Positions 1-13,447 of a DNA stretch of 64,000 bases are shown here, one piece after another; position 1 is the stretch's first letter; every line of letters begins with the position of its first letter. Under the pieces are notes generated by a model. The model worked only from the letters and a program-made list of their open reading frames with translations, had not been told where the DNA came from and did no database searches. This DNA is from Trichoplax adhaerens (taxonomy: Eukaryota > Animalia > Placozoa). The stretch is taken from contig NW_002060944.1 in NCBI RefSeq assembly GCF_000150275.1, forward strand, positions 8,704,159-8,768,158, in the 5' to 3' direction. The position numbers and the translations under genes were made by a program.

Positions 1-2547
1 TGTTAATAAATAATATGAATGAGAATATTAAAATTTAATTCCATCAATACGGAAGCAAAGTAGAGTGTAGAAATATTTTTATTTTCCGGATGAAACGAAG
101 ATTAAATTTTATTTTAGTCTATGAAAAATAACTTAGCCAGTTAGCTCCTTTAATTATCAACGAAATGCTACAGATTCTTATAACTTTTATCATAAATAAC
201 ATTATTAGCACAGCTGTAAATGTAATAGGAGTCACTTGGCTTTTACGAAAGCTCTTGCTTTATATCAATATTGGATATATTTAGCTATCAGAATTATTTT
301 ATCACACAGTACTAAATAATATAAGCCATTAAGCTATATAATTTCTATTGATTGCAATCAATATTCATACACACCCTCCTTCTCTGTATACTCGTACTTG
401 TGAGGATTGCAACCCACTTTAAATAGCAACTGCAGAAGGAAAAAGTTACTTCAGGATTGACATAATATGTAATATATAAACTCAATTGAATATGAATAAG
501 GATGATGAAGGATGTCCATCCTATCTTTCATTTACTTTCTATTTGATTTACAGCTCGTATTTAGCATTCTACAGCAGTGGTTGAAAACATCCGCTTGCAT
601 TGATTAGCAAAGAAATATTAACCAAACAATATTTTCAAAGCATAGCATTCACGAAATATCATAAGATTATAAGCAGAAGCACGAGAAATGATATTGTAAT
701 TAGTGATAACTTTCATTTGCATATCGTAGCAGTGAACTATTTCCATTCTTTTTATCTTATCATGGAGGCTATATAATAAATCTATTTCTCATCCTCATTT
801 GTTTGAGTAATCAAAGTATTCATTTTTTAAGAGTCTTGAATATATTTGCTACTCTATAATACGAGCGTATATATCATATCAAAGATATGATGTTACGACA
901 GCAGAGATATACGAATAGCTATGTTTGTAAGCTACTCTTAAGTTAGAAAGCCCATTTTAGAAAGCGTAATTCTATGAGAAGAGAAATCTTAATGAATAAA
1001 CTATTTTAGGATGATTTATATCGACAGCTAGCTCCTTGTTTTGATTACTTTACCATAGTATTTATGTATGTACAGTACGATAAAGATAATATGATTGCCA
1101 ATCACAGAATTTTTAATTACATGAGATGCCTAAGATTTGTCAGCTATGGGAATAAAATTAGTTTTTCTAGATCAGTGGATAAGCTAAATCGACTTAGTGC
1201 CGAGAGATTCTATTTATCTTGAACTTTTTATTAATATTTAGAATAAATATATATTGCCTATTTACAGTTATGAAATTATAATTGTTTGAAATATCCAAGA
1301 TTTGCAATCTGTTTGAATGGAATCATCCTTTTTTGGTCAGTAGATAGAATTAATTGATACTGTATCGAAAGCTGAAATTTGTTTTGATCTTTATTCCTTG
1401 GTACGTTTAGTAAATAATGTACTGTCTGATCGTAATTGTAGAATTTTTAATTGCACGAGATACAGATCCAAGATTTGTCATTCATTTACAAATTAACCTT
1501 TTCTTGGTCAATTTATTGGAGAAATCGATTTTATGCTATTTTTGAAATATTGCAATTGCCCATAAGCGTTTCTCAATTTTATAATATTCAATTTATCAAA
1601 CATTCAATTTATATACGTATATTTGAGGAGAGAAATGAGGTTTTAATCTCACCTGTGAATAATTTTACAAGGATAATATGCTTGTCATTAGCTGACACAG
1701 TTATATTTTTCAACCGTTTAAAAGAGGAACATTTAAAGCTATGTGTGAAATTTCATAAAACCGGAACTAAATGTAATATAATGATGAAATACTGCAGCTA
1801 TTGGAGGCGTTCGACAATTTATTTCAATTCTAGATCAGAGATCCACAGTGACTGATTAACTGTATTTCGATATTTTCTGCTATGTTCTTATTAGTCTAGA
1901 CTCAGATTGCATAATTTGATGTTGAATTTCTTACTTAGAAATCTAGTATTGCTAGAATAGTTATTTCATAGCTCAGTATAGGAGCTCCCAGTCATAAAAG
2001 TTACTCTATACATATACCAACCGTAGCAAGTAAAATATACAAATTTATAAAGTTGATGGTCATAAAATGAATTCTTTTACTGATAGTCCAATTAATTAGT
2101 TTTATAAATTTTAATATGAAACTGTCGATCTTAAGCGAATTTTAAATTATATTTATGAAATATATAGCTGTTATAGTGATTATATTATTTAAGCATTTAG
2201 CAATAGTAAAGTGGCGTGTAGATTTGTGCGCCTTTCAAATGAAGTTCCTCAATATAATAGCGGAATGAAAATAATTAATATTTGCAAAAGAATTTTCAGT
2301 CGGAATAAGAGTATGTTGGATATAATTTCTTATAAGCATCCATACCTCAAATAGTCCAAGTAATGATTTACAATATTACTAAAGAACGGCAGTGACTATG
2401 TAATCGATCAAAAGAGGTCCTTTCTTTTGATCACTGATTATCATTATATATTATTTGTAAGATGTAAAAAATATTATATAAAAAAATAAATTACTCTCTC
2501 TGAGATTTATAAAAACTATATAGATAATCTATTTCTATGACGTTAAT

Positions 2548-3642
2548 TCATAGATTTAATGTTTTCGTACGTTGATGATGATAAGGGTTCTGGATGTCAT
2601 TAGCAAATATAGGAGATATTTTGTTACCAAATCTTTTAGATGAACAGCAATGTCCAAAGACAGAACTTAGAGGATCTTTAAATTTTTTCATATGTGTAAT
2701 GTAAATGATAGGATGATAAATTGCGACTGCTAACATGAATAAACATAAAAAGGCAAACATAATGGAGATGGTCAAAATAGACATTCTTTCATTGAAGAGA
2801 ATAATACTGACCAAAAATAATAAACACATTGCATCGCTTAAAACTTGCAAGGAGAAAGTAATTTGAAACATATGTACAATGGATTTATTTTTTCCAATTC
2901 TGAATTGTTCGACTCGCGAAAGTCGCTGCTGTCGAAGTCGAAGTCGTAATTGTTGCATTTTCATTGGCGTTAATGATCGATTTTTTAATTTGTGTAGAAT
3001 ACGTGGATAGCAATGTAGTATAGTTACCAGTTGTAGTATATATATTAATGCCGCTGTTGATATTACTAATAGCTTGACGGTAAATCTAGTTGCAATTAGA
3101 CCACATAAACTTTCTATTGGAGGAAATGGACCACTTGTGATAGTTCTTGGCCAAATCATTAGGACACTCACTAGCCAAATTGCTATAATAATTAGTAATA
3201 CGTGAATTCGTTTTAATTTTTCAACCGGTGAAGTTGCAATAGCTTTATAACGCTCGTAGGTAATTAAGACTACAGATAAATTAGATATCATAAAAGCAGT
3301 CACTAACGTAGGTACAACTAATTTGCAAATAAAGATTTGAAAAAATCTTTGATGGAAAATGTTAGTTAAATTTAACGTTGCTCCATATCTTCCCCAAGTT
3401 AAAAAAGTGAATGATATTGTCAAGAAGACGTTCGCCACTGCCAAATTTCCTATGCATATATAAGCCGGTGAACGCATATCTTTGTGGGAAATGATGATCA
3501 TAATTAGATATAAGTTACTGAATAAACCGATGATTTCCAATGGTAGATAGAAAATAGCAACTAATTGGTAGAGAAACAGTGAGCTATTATGTATTATATT
3601 TATATTATCATAAGAATCATTCCATGATGTTAAATTTTCCAT
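2548..3642 (-). CDS. Intronless rhodopsin-like (class A) orphan GPCR, 364 aa
   Basis: Seven hydrophobic segments, N-terminal N-glycosylation sites, TM2 NLAVAN, ERY at the end of TM3, TM4 W, TM7 YHPIIY, and CC in the tail. Confidence 0.93.
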   Translation of the reverse strand: MENLTSWNDSYDNINIIHNSSLFLYQLVAIFYLPLEIIGLFSNLYLIMIIISHKDMRSPAYICIGNLAVANVFLTISFTFLTWGRYGATLNLTNIFHQRFFQIFICKLVVPTLVTAFMISNLSVVLITYERYKAIATSPVEKLKRIHVLLIIIAIWLVSVLMIWPRTITSGPFPPIESLCGLIATRFTVKLLVISTAALIYILQLVTILHCYPRILHKLKNRSLTPMKMQQLRLRLRQQRLSRVEQFRIGKNKSIVHMFQITFSLQVLSDAMCLLFLVSIILFNERMSILTISIMFAFLCLFMLAVAIYHPIIYITHMKKFKDPLSSVFGHCCSSKRFGNKISPIFANDIQNPYHHQRTKTLNL

Positions 3643-6600
3643 CTCAAGCCAATTTTTTGAATTTCTTTAAAAAATGTAACCTTATGAACTGGTTCATATA
3701 TCATGTGTTATAGACATGCTCTTACGGCAGTGATTCTATAAATCATCAATTCTTAATTTTAGTTTATTCAATTTAAAGCTATAATTAATGAATTAATTAT
3801 AATGGTTTATACCTATCAGGAGCTCATTACATTAATGAATTCTATTATTGAGATAATTATATATTTCCATGACGCGATAGATGACGATTATAGTTTGGCT
3901 AGTATTAAGATTGAGAGCTAACGTGTGTACAAATATAAAACTACATGCTGTCATATTAAAAAGTCTGCAATAGTTAGTGTTATACACTTTTAAGGTATTA
4001 TTGTCATGTATTTAGATAAATAAATATGTAATCGACAATTAGTTTCTTTCATAACATACAGAAGAGAAAAATTACACTTCATTCTTACATTAATAATATC
4101 CCTTGTTACTTAGGATTGTCGTAGGCTGTTCAACTATTTTGATAATAAATTATCAAAATTCGAAAACAAAGCGATTTTAGTTTCTATAATAGGTTAATTA
4201 TAAGTAAAATAATGTTATAAAGATTACAATCTCACAATAAATGGTATCACATGCATACATGAATTTATTTATGTCGTTTGTGATAGTGGTTACTATTAAG
4301 AATCAAGATTTAAGTTTTAAAATTTTACATTACCTTTATCATGCTAATAGCTACAAAATTGATTAATATATAGGTTGTCTTTTCGTTGCAAGTTTCCGTG
4401 CATTACTGATGTTGCACCTCAGACTAATATCATTCAATTTATTGTAAAATAACCTACTTTAAGTGGAAACATATCTGCAAGTTTTAAATCTATAGTCGCT
4501 AGTAAATGAATTTTCAGCCTATCTTATATCGAAAGTTAGTCTCTTTTACATAAGTTAGAGAAATCAAAATAGTTTACTGTAGAGCTTAATTAGAAGATCT
4601 ATAATAATGGTAAAGCCGTCACTTAGTCGATTCCTTGCAATCATAAAAATTTATATTTATTATGGTAGCAGGTAGCCTACGTCTTGATGATATTTCATCA
4701 GCCACCGTTCCTCTCTGGTATTCGCTACTATAACTTAATTCTGTGATACATAGTCAAATTTATAATTTATAGTCTATTTCTAATTTTTTTATGACGTATG
4801 AATTTTGTATATCTTCTTTACAAGAAAATAGCTGATGAATAAAGACTTACAAAGAATAATTTGAGTGAAACAAATTAAAATAAGGTGAAGATTATAATAC
4901 AATCGAATATAACTATTTTTTTCCTCGTTCAAATTACTCTCGGATTTACATTATAGATATCTTTCATAGGAAATCTTTGTGTAATATCATGAACAACTAG
5001 GAAAGTGATCTTATGACTCCTTTTCAGCAGTTCACTTATAATCTCTCTTCTGGTAATCCATATCAAAATCATCCTGACCAAATCATTTTATAATGTGTCT
5101 CGTAATGACGCTAATGTCGTTATCAGTAGACTATTTTAAATTCATTATTAATCGACCAAGCTGCTTATTGATTAAATTTAAATATATACGTTAAGATTTA
5201 ATTTTTGGGCTTACTTCCATTTACAGGAAGCGGTGAATTTCTTAATGAAATGCTAATGTGAGACATTACTGGAATTTTATAGTATTCAGAACTTTAATTG
5301 CTATAACGTTAAAATTTTATTGTAATAGTAATTATCTTCCTATAAATTAGCATTCTTTTTTGTAGTATCTTGGTTATTTCCAGGAAAATCTGAATCTAGC
5401 TTGATGAAAATAATATGTGTAACGAAAAGTTGTTTATTTAAAATCCCTAACTGACTGTATTTATTCTTAATTTCCTGATTTATACAATTCTGCGATAGCA
5501 CTGATAAGTTCATTTCATCTAATTGAGAAAACTTCCTCTTTTCAGATTATGTCAATATAAATAAGCTTTAATGCTTTAGATGTAAATATCTTAGCAGTTA
5601 TCAATCGACTATATCTATTAACAGGTATAAAGTAAAAATGTAGGTGTAACCATATACGAGATCAAAATTGGATAGTGATATCAGTTAATGTTTATCTTTA
5701 GTATTCGAAACAATTAAGTTAAAAGTACTGAATATATGCCAGAATTTATATAACTTTGGTAGGCCTATTTATAGTGAATTGTTGCAGTTACTATAGCTAT
5801 TCCTAAGCTTACATTCTAATAGCGCAATAGCAGTTACGAGGGATAGACTATATTGAGCAGTTTTCATCGAAATATAATAGACTAATTTGAAATATCCAAT
5901 CTAATAAAATCCGATTTGGATACTGAGATGGTTGCGTCGTAAATTATTAAAAATGTACTAGCGATTAAAAGGGATACAATTACATTTCTATGATGCATAA
6001 TGCTGTTACTGAAATAAAATTTTCCATAGTTTGGTAGTATCTGTTCTGTAGGCAAGTATGCCAGTCATTGATTATTTACTAAGTTTAATACTTTACTAAT
6101 CTTATAAGTAAGATTTCCATATCAGGTACAAATGTTCATTACATTTATGAATTGATTTTGAACAAATAAAAGCTAAAAATGGAGGAAAGAAATTTCATAG
6201 TTCAAGATGATCCGGTCATTACTATAGGTAAGGGTTCAGTCTACAGTGAGTGGCATTACTGAATTTGAGCTGATCTTGATAATTACTAATTAGTGTATGA
6301 TATAAATTATGAACGAGAAACGCCTTACGTCGCAAATGATGTTTATTTTATTTACAACAGTTACGTTTACTTACAGCTAATACGAATTTTTTTAAATATT
6401 GAATTACTTATTTTGACAATTATTTAAATAACTATAGTAATATTTACTGTGGCTTGTTGCACTCACCACCTGAGCAAATATAGTATAAGTGAGATTTCGA
6501 TAATAGATAAAAGAAAAGCAGACAGATATAAGTTAATTTTCACCCATGGGAGCTTTTAGTGATGATAATTCATTTTGCACAAAAACTCAAAATTTCGTGA

Positions 6601-7657
6601 CATTTACACCATTTGTTAATATCTAATTGAAATAACTTGTAAGTGTATAGTCTACGATGTAGAGTATGCTGAACTATTCTATAGCTGCTATTATCTTAAA
6701 TTAATAGCATTAACGAGCTCAGAATGACTGGTACTAATGCAAGTCATATACAAGTCGTAAGATGGAAAATGATTAACGTAACATTTTAAATCTGTTATCG
6801 ATATGAGGATCGAAATTGCATTGCAATATAATTCAATTCTTTTCCTATGTAAAAGTATATCAAGTCAGTTAGTAGTAGGCCGTCTCCTTCATAGAAGATA
6901 TCAGATGCATAACTAAAACTGACTTATAATTTTTAAACATACATCTTGTTTTAGCAGTGGATTGGTCAGCAACTGTAAAGACAAACTGGATAACATTAAT
7001 TGGTGGGATGAATTAATCGTAACAGCTGCCTTGGTTCTTCTGACTGAAAACAAACTTGTTAACGCTCAATGATTTACAACGCAATTAATGATAATGAGTA
7101 AGTTATGCGCAGAAGATGGTATTAAACAAATAAATTACTTCAAAAACATACTAGTTATCTAATAATCGTGACTTCAATGTTACTGGGTAGTAAAAATAGC
7201 ATGCTCTCCAATAGTATTAACACAAGTGTATAATTACTGTATAACATGTTATTAATTAGAACTTTACTGAAATCTACTGGTTCTATAATAATACCCAGGT
7301 ATAATAATATCACCGAATAGGAAAAATGGTAAAATCTCAAGTATTAGTACAAATGTGTATTTACTGTACTGTATATCAGGTTATTGATTAATACTTTACT
7401 GTTACCGTCTATTTATCGAATGTTTTGCAATAACAATTTAAAACATTTACTTTAGAGCAGACTTGTAGGCTGCATACAATAATTATGTATGCAAGAATAA
7501 TAACAATTTACTTAATAAATATCAGAGTCTGTAACATCTTGAAAAATTAATTACGTTGCAATAGATGTTCCGATATATGCAGGATATGATTATCAAGTTC
7601 ATAACTGCAGAAAGGAATGCATTTAGTTGCATAAATATGTACTTATAACGTCAATTT

Positions 7658-9282
7658 CTATCGGCTTCTTTGAAAGCGTGCTAATCTTGCTTCTCTAACT
7701 TTATCAACATCATTAGAATTGGGCATCTGACTGGGCTGTGGATAAGTACGCTGGATATCATTCTGAACTAGAAGAGGAGGAGCAGTAGCAATCGGCCTAA
7801 GAAATTTTAAATTAAGAATTTGAAGTCCGTATCAGACGTAAGATCTTGTCCTCGCTAGATAGATATTTTTACAAGCAGCGATATTTCACCTATTATGATG
7901 GCTTTCTTGTAAGCTAGCTTGTATTGCCTGTTGGAATTCAGGATCATCGTCATCGTTAATAGGTTCGTACTGTGGTCGTCGACTGCCTGGATAGGATGGA
8001 CCGCTGACGTTATTGACGTTATCTGCATGGCTTGGAGTTTGCATTCTATAACCAGTCACTCCTATTTACGAGTATGAAGCCATTAATTATATAATGTATA
8101 TACACTAGTATTAGTAATTTACGTGTACAGTATTTGACAAGAGGATTATATATTATCAAAAGAAATTTGTTTCCTACCTGACGACTGAAATCTTTGATGA
8201 TGTCTTCGATTACTAGAGCCTCTGCTACCTGTAACTGTATAGATGATGATAGAGATTTTAATACTGTACATCATGCATACTTTTACTTTATTGGTTAATG
8301 CAGTTCTCTTGAGTTACTTGAAAGAGCACATAATAATCGGATTAGTAAAGCAAGTGGAATAATCTTTTACGATCAATCTTTAGTAATTGTTAATGTGTAG
8401 AAGAGATACTCAAAGTCTTTCTTACTTCGTAATCGCTAATTGTTCACTTAGTGAGAACTATGTCTAGTCTTACCAATGCTGAAGATAGAATCCAGGATAG
8501 ATCCAATTGGTGTCTTTACATATGCTAATCCAACTAAGATACCAGCTAAGTGGCCTAGGAAAGAGCTGTTTGGTACTAAGACTTGGATAAGAACTAATTC
8601 AGCCCAACAGGCGTAGCGTGAGCTAATAGGAATCAAGTTCATTATATAATTGGTGCTAGGGGGTGAAACGTATGTCGCCACCACTTTAAGAGCAAATATA
8701 ACTCCTAAATACAGTCAGAAGAAGAAACTTTATTATCGACAGTGTCTAGAAAAATAAATAATGGCTTTAGATGGCGATTGAATTTTTCTCACAGAAAGAG
8801 TCTGATAGACATGTACTCTATGTAGAAAAATTACCTGAAAAACCAACAGCACAATCGGTAAAGTAGTGTAGCTTGTCAGTATGATGTCCTATTGCGTAGC
8901 TTATTGCCACTAAGGTGACATTAGTTAATGCTGTAAAGCTGATAATCATAGATAGAAAGTGTAAGCTTCCATATTTCTTCTCTAAATGTATCCCTTTCCA
9001 TAGAAATGAGACCATATTATAGTAAAGATGCATATCGCTAGCATGAAAGAAGGCTCCTAATATTAATCTTTGCCATTCGTTCATATACCAAACAGACTTG
9101 ACACTAATGCAAACTTCACTTAAATGAGGTAATCGATAATCAGGTAATAGATTCATAAACAGGATTGAATTGAGACCAATTGTAGCCAGTGTGATCGGTG
9201 GAATACGATCTAAGCCTACATGAAATAGGTTAGCAAGGAGTAAAAGTAGACCAAAATTGTTTCCGCGTCTCCTTAAGACCAT
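7658..9282 (-). CDS. RHBDD1: Rhomboid-related protease 4 (RHBDD1/RHBDL4), 5 exons: 9282-8835, 8704-8474, ~8235-8178, ~8061-7890, ~7796-7658
   Basis: ATG at 9282 (MVLRRRGNNFGLLLL). Motifs: WQRL, HASDMHLYYNM, catalytic GFSG joined across an intron to VIFALK, and GHLAG. The spliced C-terminus has a UIM-like DDDDPEFQQAIQASLQES and a VCP-binding-like VREARLARF. All introns are GT-AG with the frame preserved. Confidence 0.95.
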
Positions 9283-12200
9283 TTTGATCGGATCGGATGT
9301 TTGAAGCAAATATCTCGACAAGAGTAAGAGGCGATGATCCAAAAAGCTCGATATCGATGGCCACAGAATAAATTGAAAGATTTCAACGCGTGTCGCCAAT
9401 ATTGAAGAAAGCGAATGAAAGAAAAATTTCAATATTCAGCTAATAGATACTACAGGAATCATTTGCTGTCTATTCTATTTGAAAAGGACATTGAATATCC
9501 ATTTCTCCTTCCTAACTGTTAATTCTACTGTCGAGTGTTGGCTTAAAACCTTTGTTGATATTGGTTGAAATCAGCGAACTCGTTATCGTATTGGGTTTCA
9601 GGATAGCACACTGATCTTCAGTATAGAGTGTTCAATCTTGGTAAGGTTACGATCGCCGAACACGGATTGCGCTGTGATCTTGCTAATACGTCTTGGGATG
9701 ATAGCCAATCGTAATTGCATGCAGTAAAGCTTTAGAATAATAATAATAAATCAGTTAGAAGAAATAAGATGTCAGCATTAAGTTAGAAATAAGATTGGAG
9801 CGTAGAACATTTGTATACGTAGACCAGATGACGTCACTATAATTAATTTTAGAGTAGCATTCAATTGATAGTAAGACACTAGAGATCGGAGCGATGATTG
9901 AGTTGTCCTACTACCATATCAATGTCTTGTTTTCAAGGGATATTTTACTGCTTGTCGATATGGTTTGGGACTGACGTCGGATGGACAGACTTTCACTCTC
10001 GCTGAGGCCGAAAATGTCGAAAAATAGTAAAGCAGTATAGATCTTCCGAGTCTATTTTCGAAAGCAATCGTATTAATTTGAATAATATTTGTGATCTACT
10101 GCATGGTTGCTACTTCCAACCAGAGCTTAGCATCAGACGATGGAATACAATGTCGTATTACTTACTTCATTTAGAAAAAATCAGCCAATTCAGAATCGAC
10201 TGTCTGCCTATTAAAGTATTCTCATAACAGAGTGTTTGGCACAATTTGTTGACGAAATGTGGCTAAATGTCTATCCAGTTCAGGTATTTTTCAACGAATG
10301 GTCTATGGTACAGTGCAGTATTACAGTAGACGATGCTGGTGGGACAGTAGTACCAATCTTATCCATATAAAACTGTACCAATAAATTACAATCTAGAATC
10401 AAATCTGTCAGAACCAACTCCTACAGTACGTTAGAAATGTATTTCTCTGACTTTCGTTTCTGAGCCTATACTGCAAAGTATATTGCCTCTTGGTCAGATT
10501 TATCATATTCGCATTCATTTACCGTTTAAATAATATGAAATTGACTGCATTGAGTGCTCTACACTATTAAATCCATATAGCACAGTATACTACGAGCATA
10601 GTAAGGTAAAAAAGTACTACTGGTAGTCATGGACAACTAAATTACGGGTCTGTGCATCGAGTAGACCATGTATTAGTACACTCAGTACGCCAAGTATAGC
10701 GATCTTAACGGGTGGGCAATTTTGTAAACAATAATAAATGTGTTTTCTTTGGCTTTTTGGTAAATTTACTATCATTGCCGTCGTCAGCCAGCTGAAGTAA
10801 ATTTCGTCTTTTGAAAGTCGATTTTATTTGCCAAATAGTTATATGTTTATTATCCTCTACTGGTATCTAAGCAACTGTGAGCCACGCTAGTTACTATATT
10901 GTCGTGTTTTCACCGATATCACGATAAAGTCTCTCACTAGGATTTCAAATAAAATAAGCACTAATTACAGAAATAGCAATCAGATCCCCAAGAGACCTTC
11001 AATTTTGCGAATAAAAAATAAAATTCGATTTTTTGTCAAACTCTGATTGGAAGTACGTTAGCTTGTCACCATTGGCCAGCCAAGTAAATTTCACCGGCTG
11101 AGGAAAGGATTTTTGCCCGACAGTCATTTGGTGTATCTTGACTGTTTTTCGTAGGACAGTGTTGTGTGATGTGTTATATTAACACGCTATCTAAGAGTCG
11201 ATACGTCAAACATGAGAGACTATAAATCGCTTATTATAAACGATTTCCACTACCGTTTGCCATGGTTGTAACAGTACTATAATTTATATTCAAGTAGAAA
11301 GTTTATTTCTTAATGCGAATATTATGTCTGTTATCAATTTATTGGCAGGACGTACCATTTTGGTCATGTAGTATTTATATTCATATCTCAGTATTCTATT
11401 GTCGATAATGGTAAACAAGAATAAAATAATAATTTAGAGAAAAAATCTTGGACTTTCTTCTAGCCGCAACCTGAACTGATACATAGAAAAGAGATCCGGT
11501 CAATTGTATTACGTAAGATATGAAAAATGCATTTTAGAGCATTATATACTTAAATGTTCAACAGTGCTGAAATCACTCAAGTATTCAGAACTTTAACTTG
11601 GATTTAAATATCTTTGACAGCCTTTACAGCGGATCTTAATTTTTTAGACATCCATATAGAAGATGTTGATCCCAACACAGCATTAAGGTTGTGATGCATT
11701 TGTGAATCATGATTGATACGGAATTTGTAATGCCCGATTGTGTAATATTAGCGTGTACTTCCTTTTGTGATGTATTATCTTTTGAAGCAAGTATACAGCA
11801 TACTCATATACTGTATAAAGCCAGATAGCTATCATATAAACATGCCCTACTTGTAATTAAATGCCTGGATTAACGTAAACATAGCCAACGAATAAAAAAT
11901 GTAGGGTATTGTAGATTTTGAGATTAATAAAGGAACTATAATTGACGTCATTCTATCGGCGTGTTCATTTCCTGTAGTGATATATTAAAACGTAATTGAA
12001 ACTGCATGCAAATATATTATGCTATAGAATAGGATATTATTTTGAAAGAAGGGAAAGCTGAAATTGTTGGCTTAGAGTAATTTTTAATCAATGCAGACGC
12101 GTTATTGATGCCTGCTTTTAGCGAATCATATCTGCTTCCATTGTTAGAATTGAAATCATTCAATTTCCTACGGCCCTTTTTTGAATAAGTATTATCAAAA

Positions 12201-12337
12201 TGTTTCAGAGAAATCGAAGTATAAAACAACATAAAGTACCGATTGACTACGATTTTGATTTAATTGTTCCATTTTACTGAAAAAGTTTTTTCTCTCATGT
12301 TTATGTATAATTATCCGTAATCAACATAGAATCAGTC

Positions 12338-13447
12338 ATGTTCGTTTGCCAAAAAGGTACAACTACGATTTCAATTTATCACAAGAATGAAACAAGCTTT
12401 AAGTATCCAACGATTTATGACCAATATCTTCAAGCTGCTGTGGTGTTAAATTCTACCGTTGCTATCATTAGCATCATATTAAACACTTATGTTTTACTTG
12501 TTATTACCTATAATAAAACCATGCGATCAGCTGCTCACTTGGGAATGATAAACTTAGCTTTCGCTGGATTGATATGTTCGGCTTCGTTTTCAGCGGCTGA
12601 TGGTATAATATATTACTCTAGTATCAATAAGCTACTACAAGATAAATTAGTTATTGATATTACATGTGGAGTTGCTGTTCCATTAGGTATGTCAGCTTAT
12701 ATGGCCAGTATCGCTACATTAACTTTTATTGCGATCGATCGTTATCGTGAAATGGCTGTACCGTCATCACACAAGTGGAAAAGATGGCAACTATTATTCG
12801 GATTGATTACAGTCTGGCTATTCGGCTCGTCAATAAGCTTTCCGCACGCTCTAAATAAACTCAATTCTCAATCGCTTGTCAAAGCGTGCGATTTATGGGT
12901 TTTACGTTATGATGGCAGGAAAGTTAACCTTTATCTCATTGACATTCCTCTTTTCATACTCTTTTTGATAATGCTTCTCTGCTATCTAAGAATTACGATC
13001 AAAATAAAAAGTACGAACAAAATTTTAGATGCTAATCAAGCGGATGATAATACTATTTCACGAGTAGACGAAATTAGATCGCAACGTAGAAACTTATTAC
13101 TGAAAGTCTTCCTGATCATATCCTTGATACAATTTTTGTTAATTCTTGTATGGCTTGTGATGATTCATGTCCTAGTTTTGGGTTACGACGTTGCTAATAT
13201 CCATTTACTAGGGCTTTTATCTATTATGAATCATACATTTTTGATATGTATGAGTAGTTATAATGCTTTTATTTATATCTATTACTTGGAAAGATTTCGC
13301 TTCTTTGTTGAAAAATTGTTCCCGTGCTGTATGCGCTTAGAAGGTGAGGAACAAATGAACCTAACAAATGATCGAGCACAAAATCCTTATGCGATATATC
13401 AAGGAGAGCCCGATGGTGCAGCCATGGAGACAAACAATGAAAATTAA
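12338..13447 (+). CDS. Intronless rhodopsin-like orphan GPCR, 369 aa
   Basis: Seven TM segments, DRY, TM3 and ECL2 cysteines, TM7 YNAFIY, and CC in the tail. Shares subfamily motifs with the GPCR at 2548-3642. Confidence 0.93.
   Translation: MFVCQKGTTTISIYHKNETSFKYPTIYDQYLQAAVVLNSTVAIISIILNTYVLLVITYNKTMRSAAHLGMINLAFAGLICSASFSAADGIIYYSSINKLLQDKLVIDITCGVAVPLGMSAYMASIATLTFIAIDRYREMAVPSSHKWKRWQLLFGLITVWLFGSSISFPHALNKLNSQSLVKACDLWVLRYDGRKVNLYLIDIPLFILFLIMLLCYLRITIKIKSTNKILDANQADDNTISRVDEIRSQRRNLLLKVFLIISLIQFLLILVWLVMIHVLVLGYDVANIHLLGLLSIMNHTFLICMSSYNAFIYIYYLERFRFFVEKLFPCCMRLEGEEQMNLTNDRAQNPYAIYQGEPDGAAMETNNEN

Noticed and set aside
1451-1855. 134-aa ORF
   Set aside because: TTG start, AT-biased composition and no recognisable motif.
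9283-9432. N-terminal extension of the rhomboid ORF
   Set aside because: Begins at TTG upstream of the ATG at 9282, where family similarity starts.
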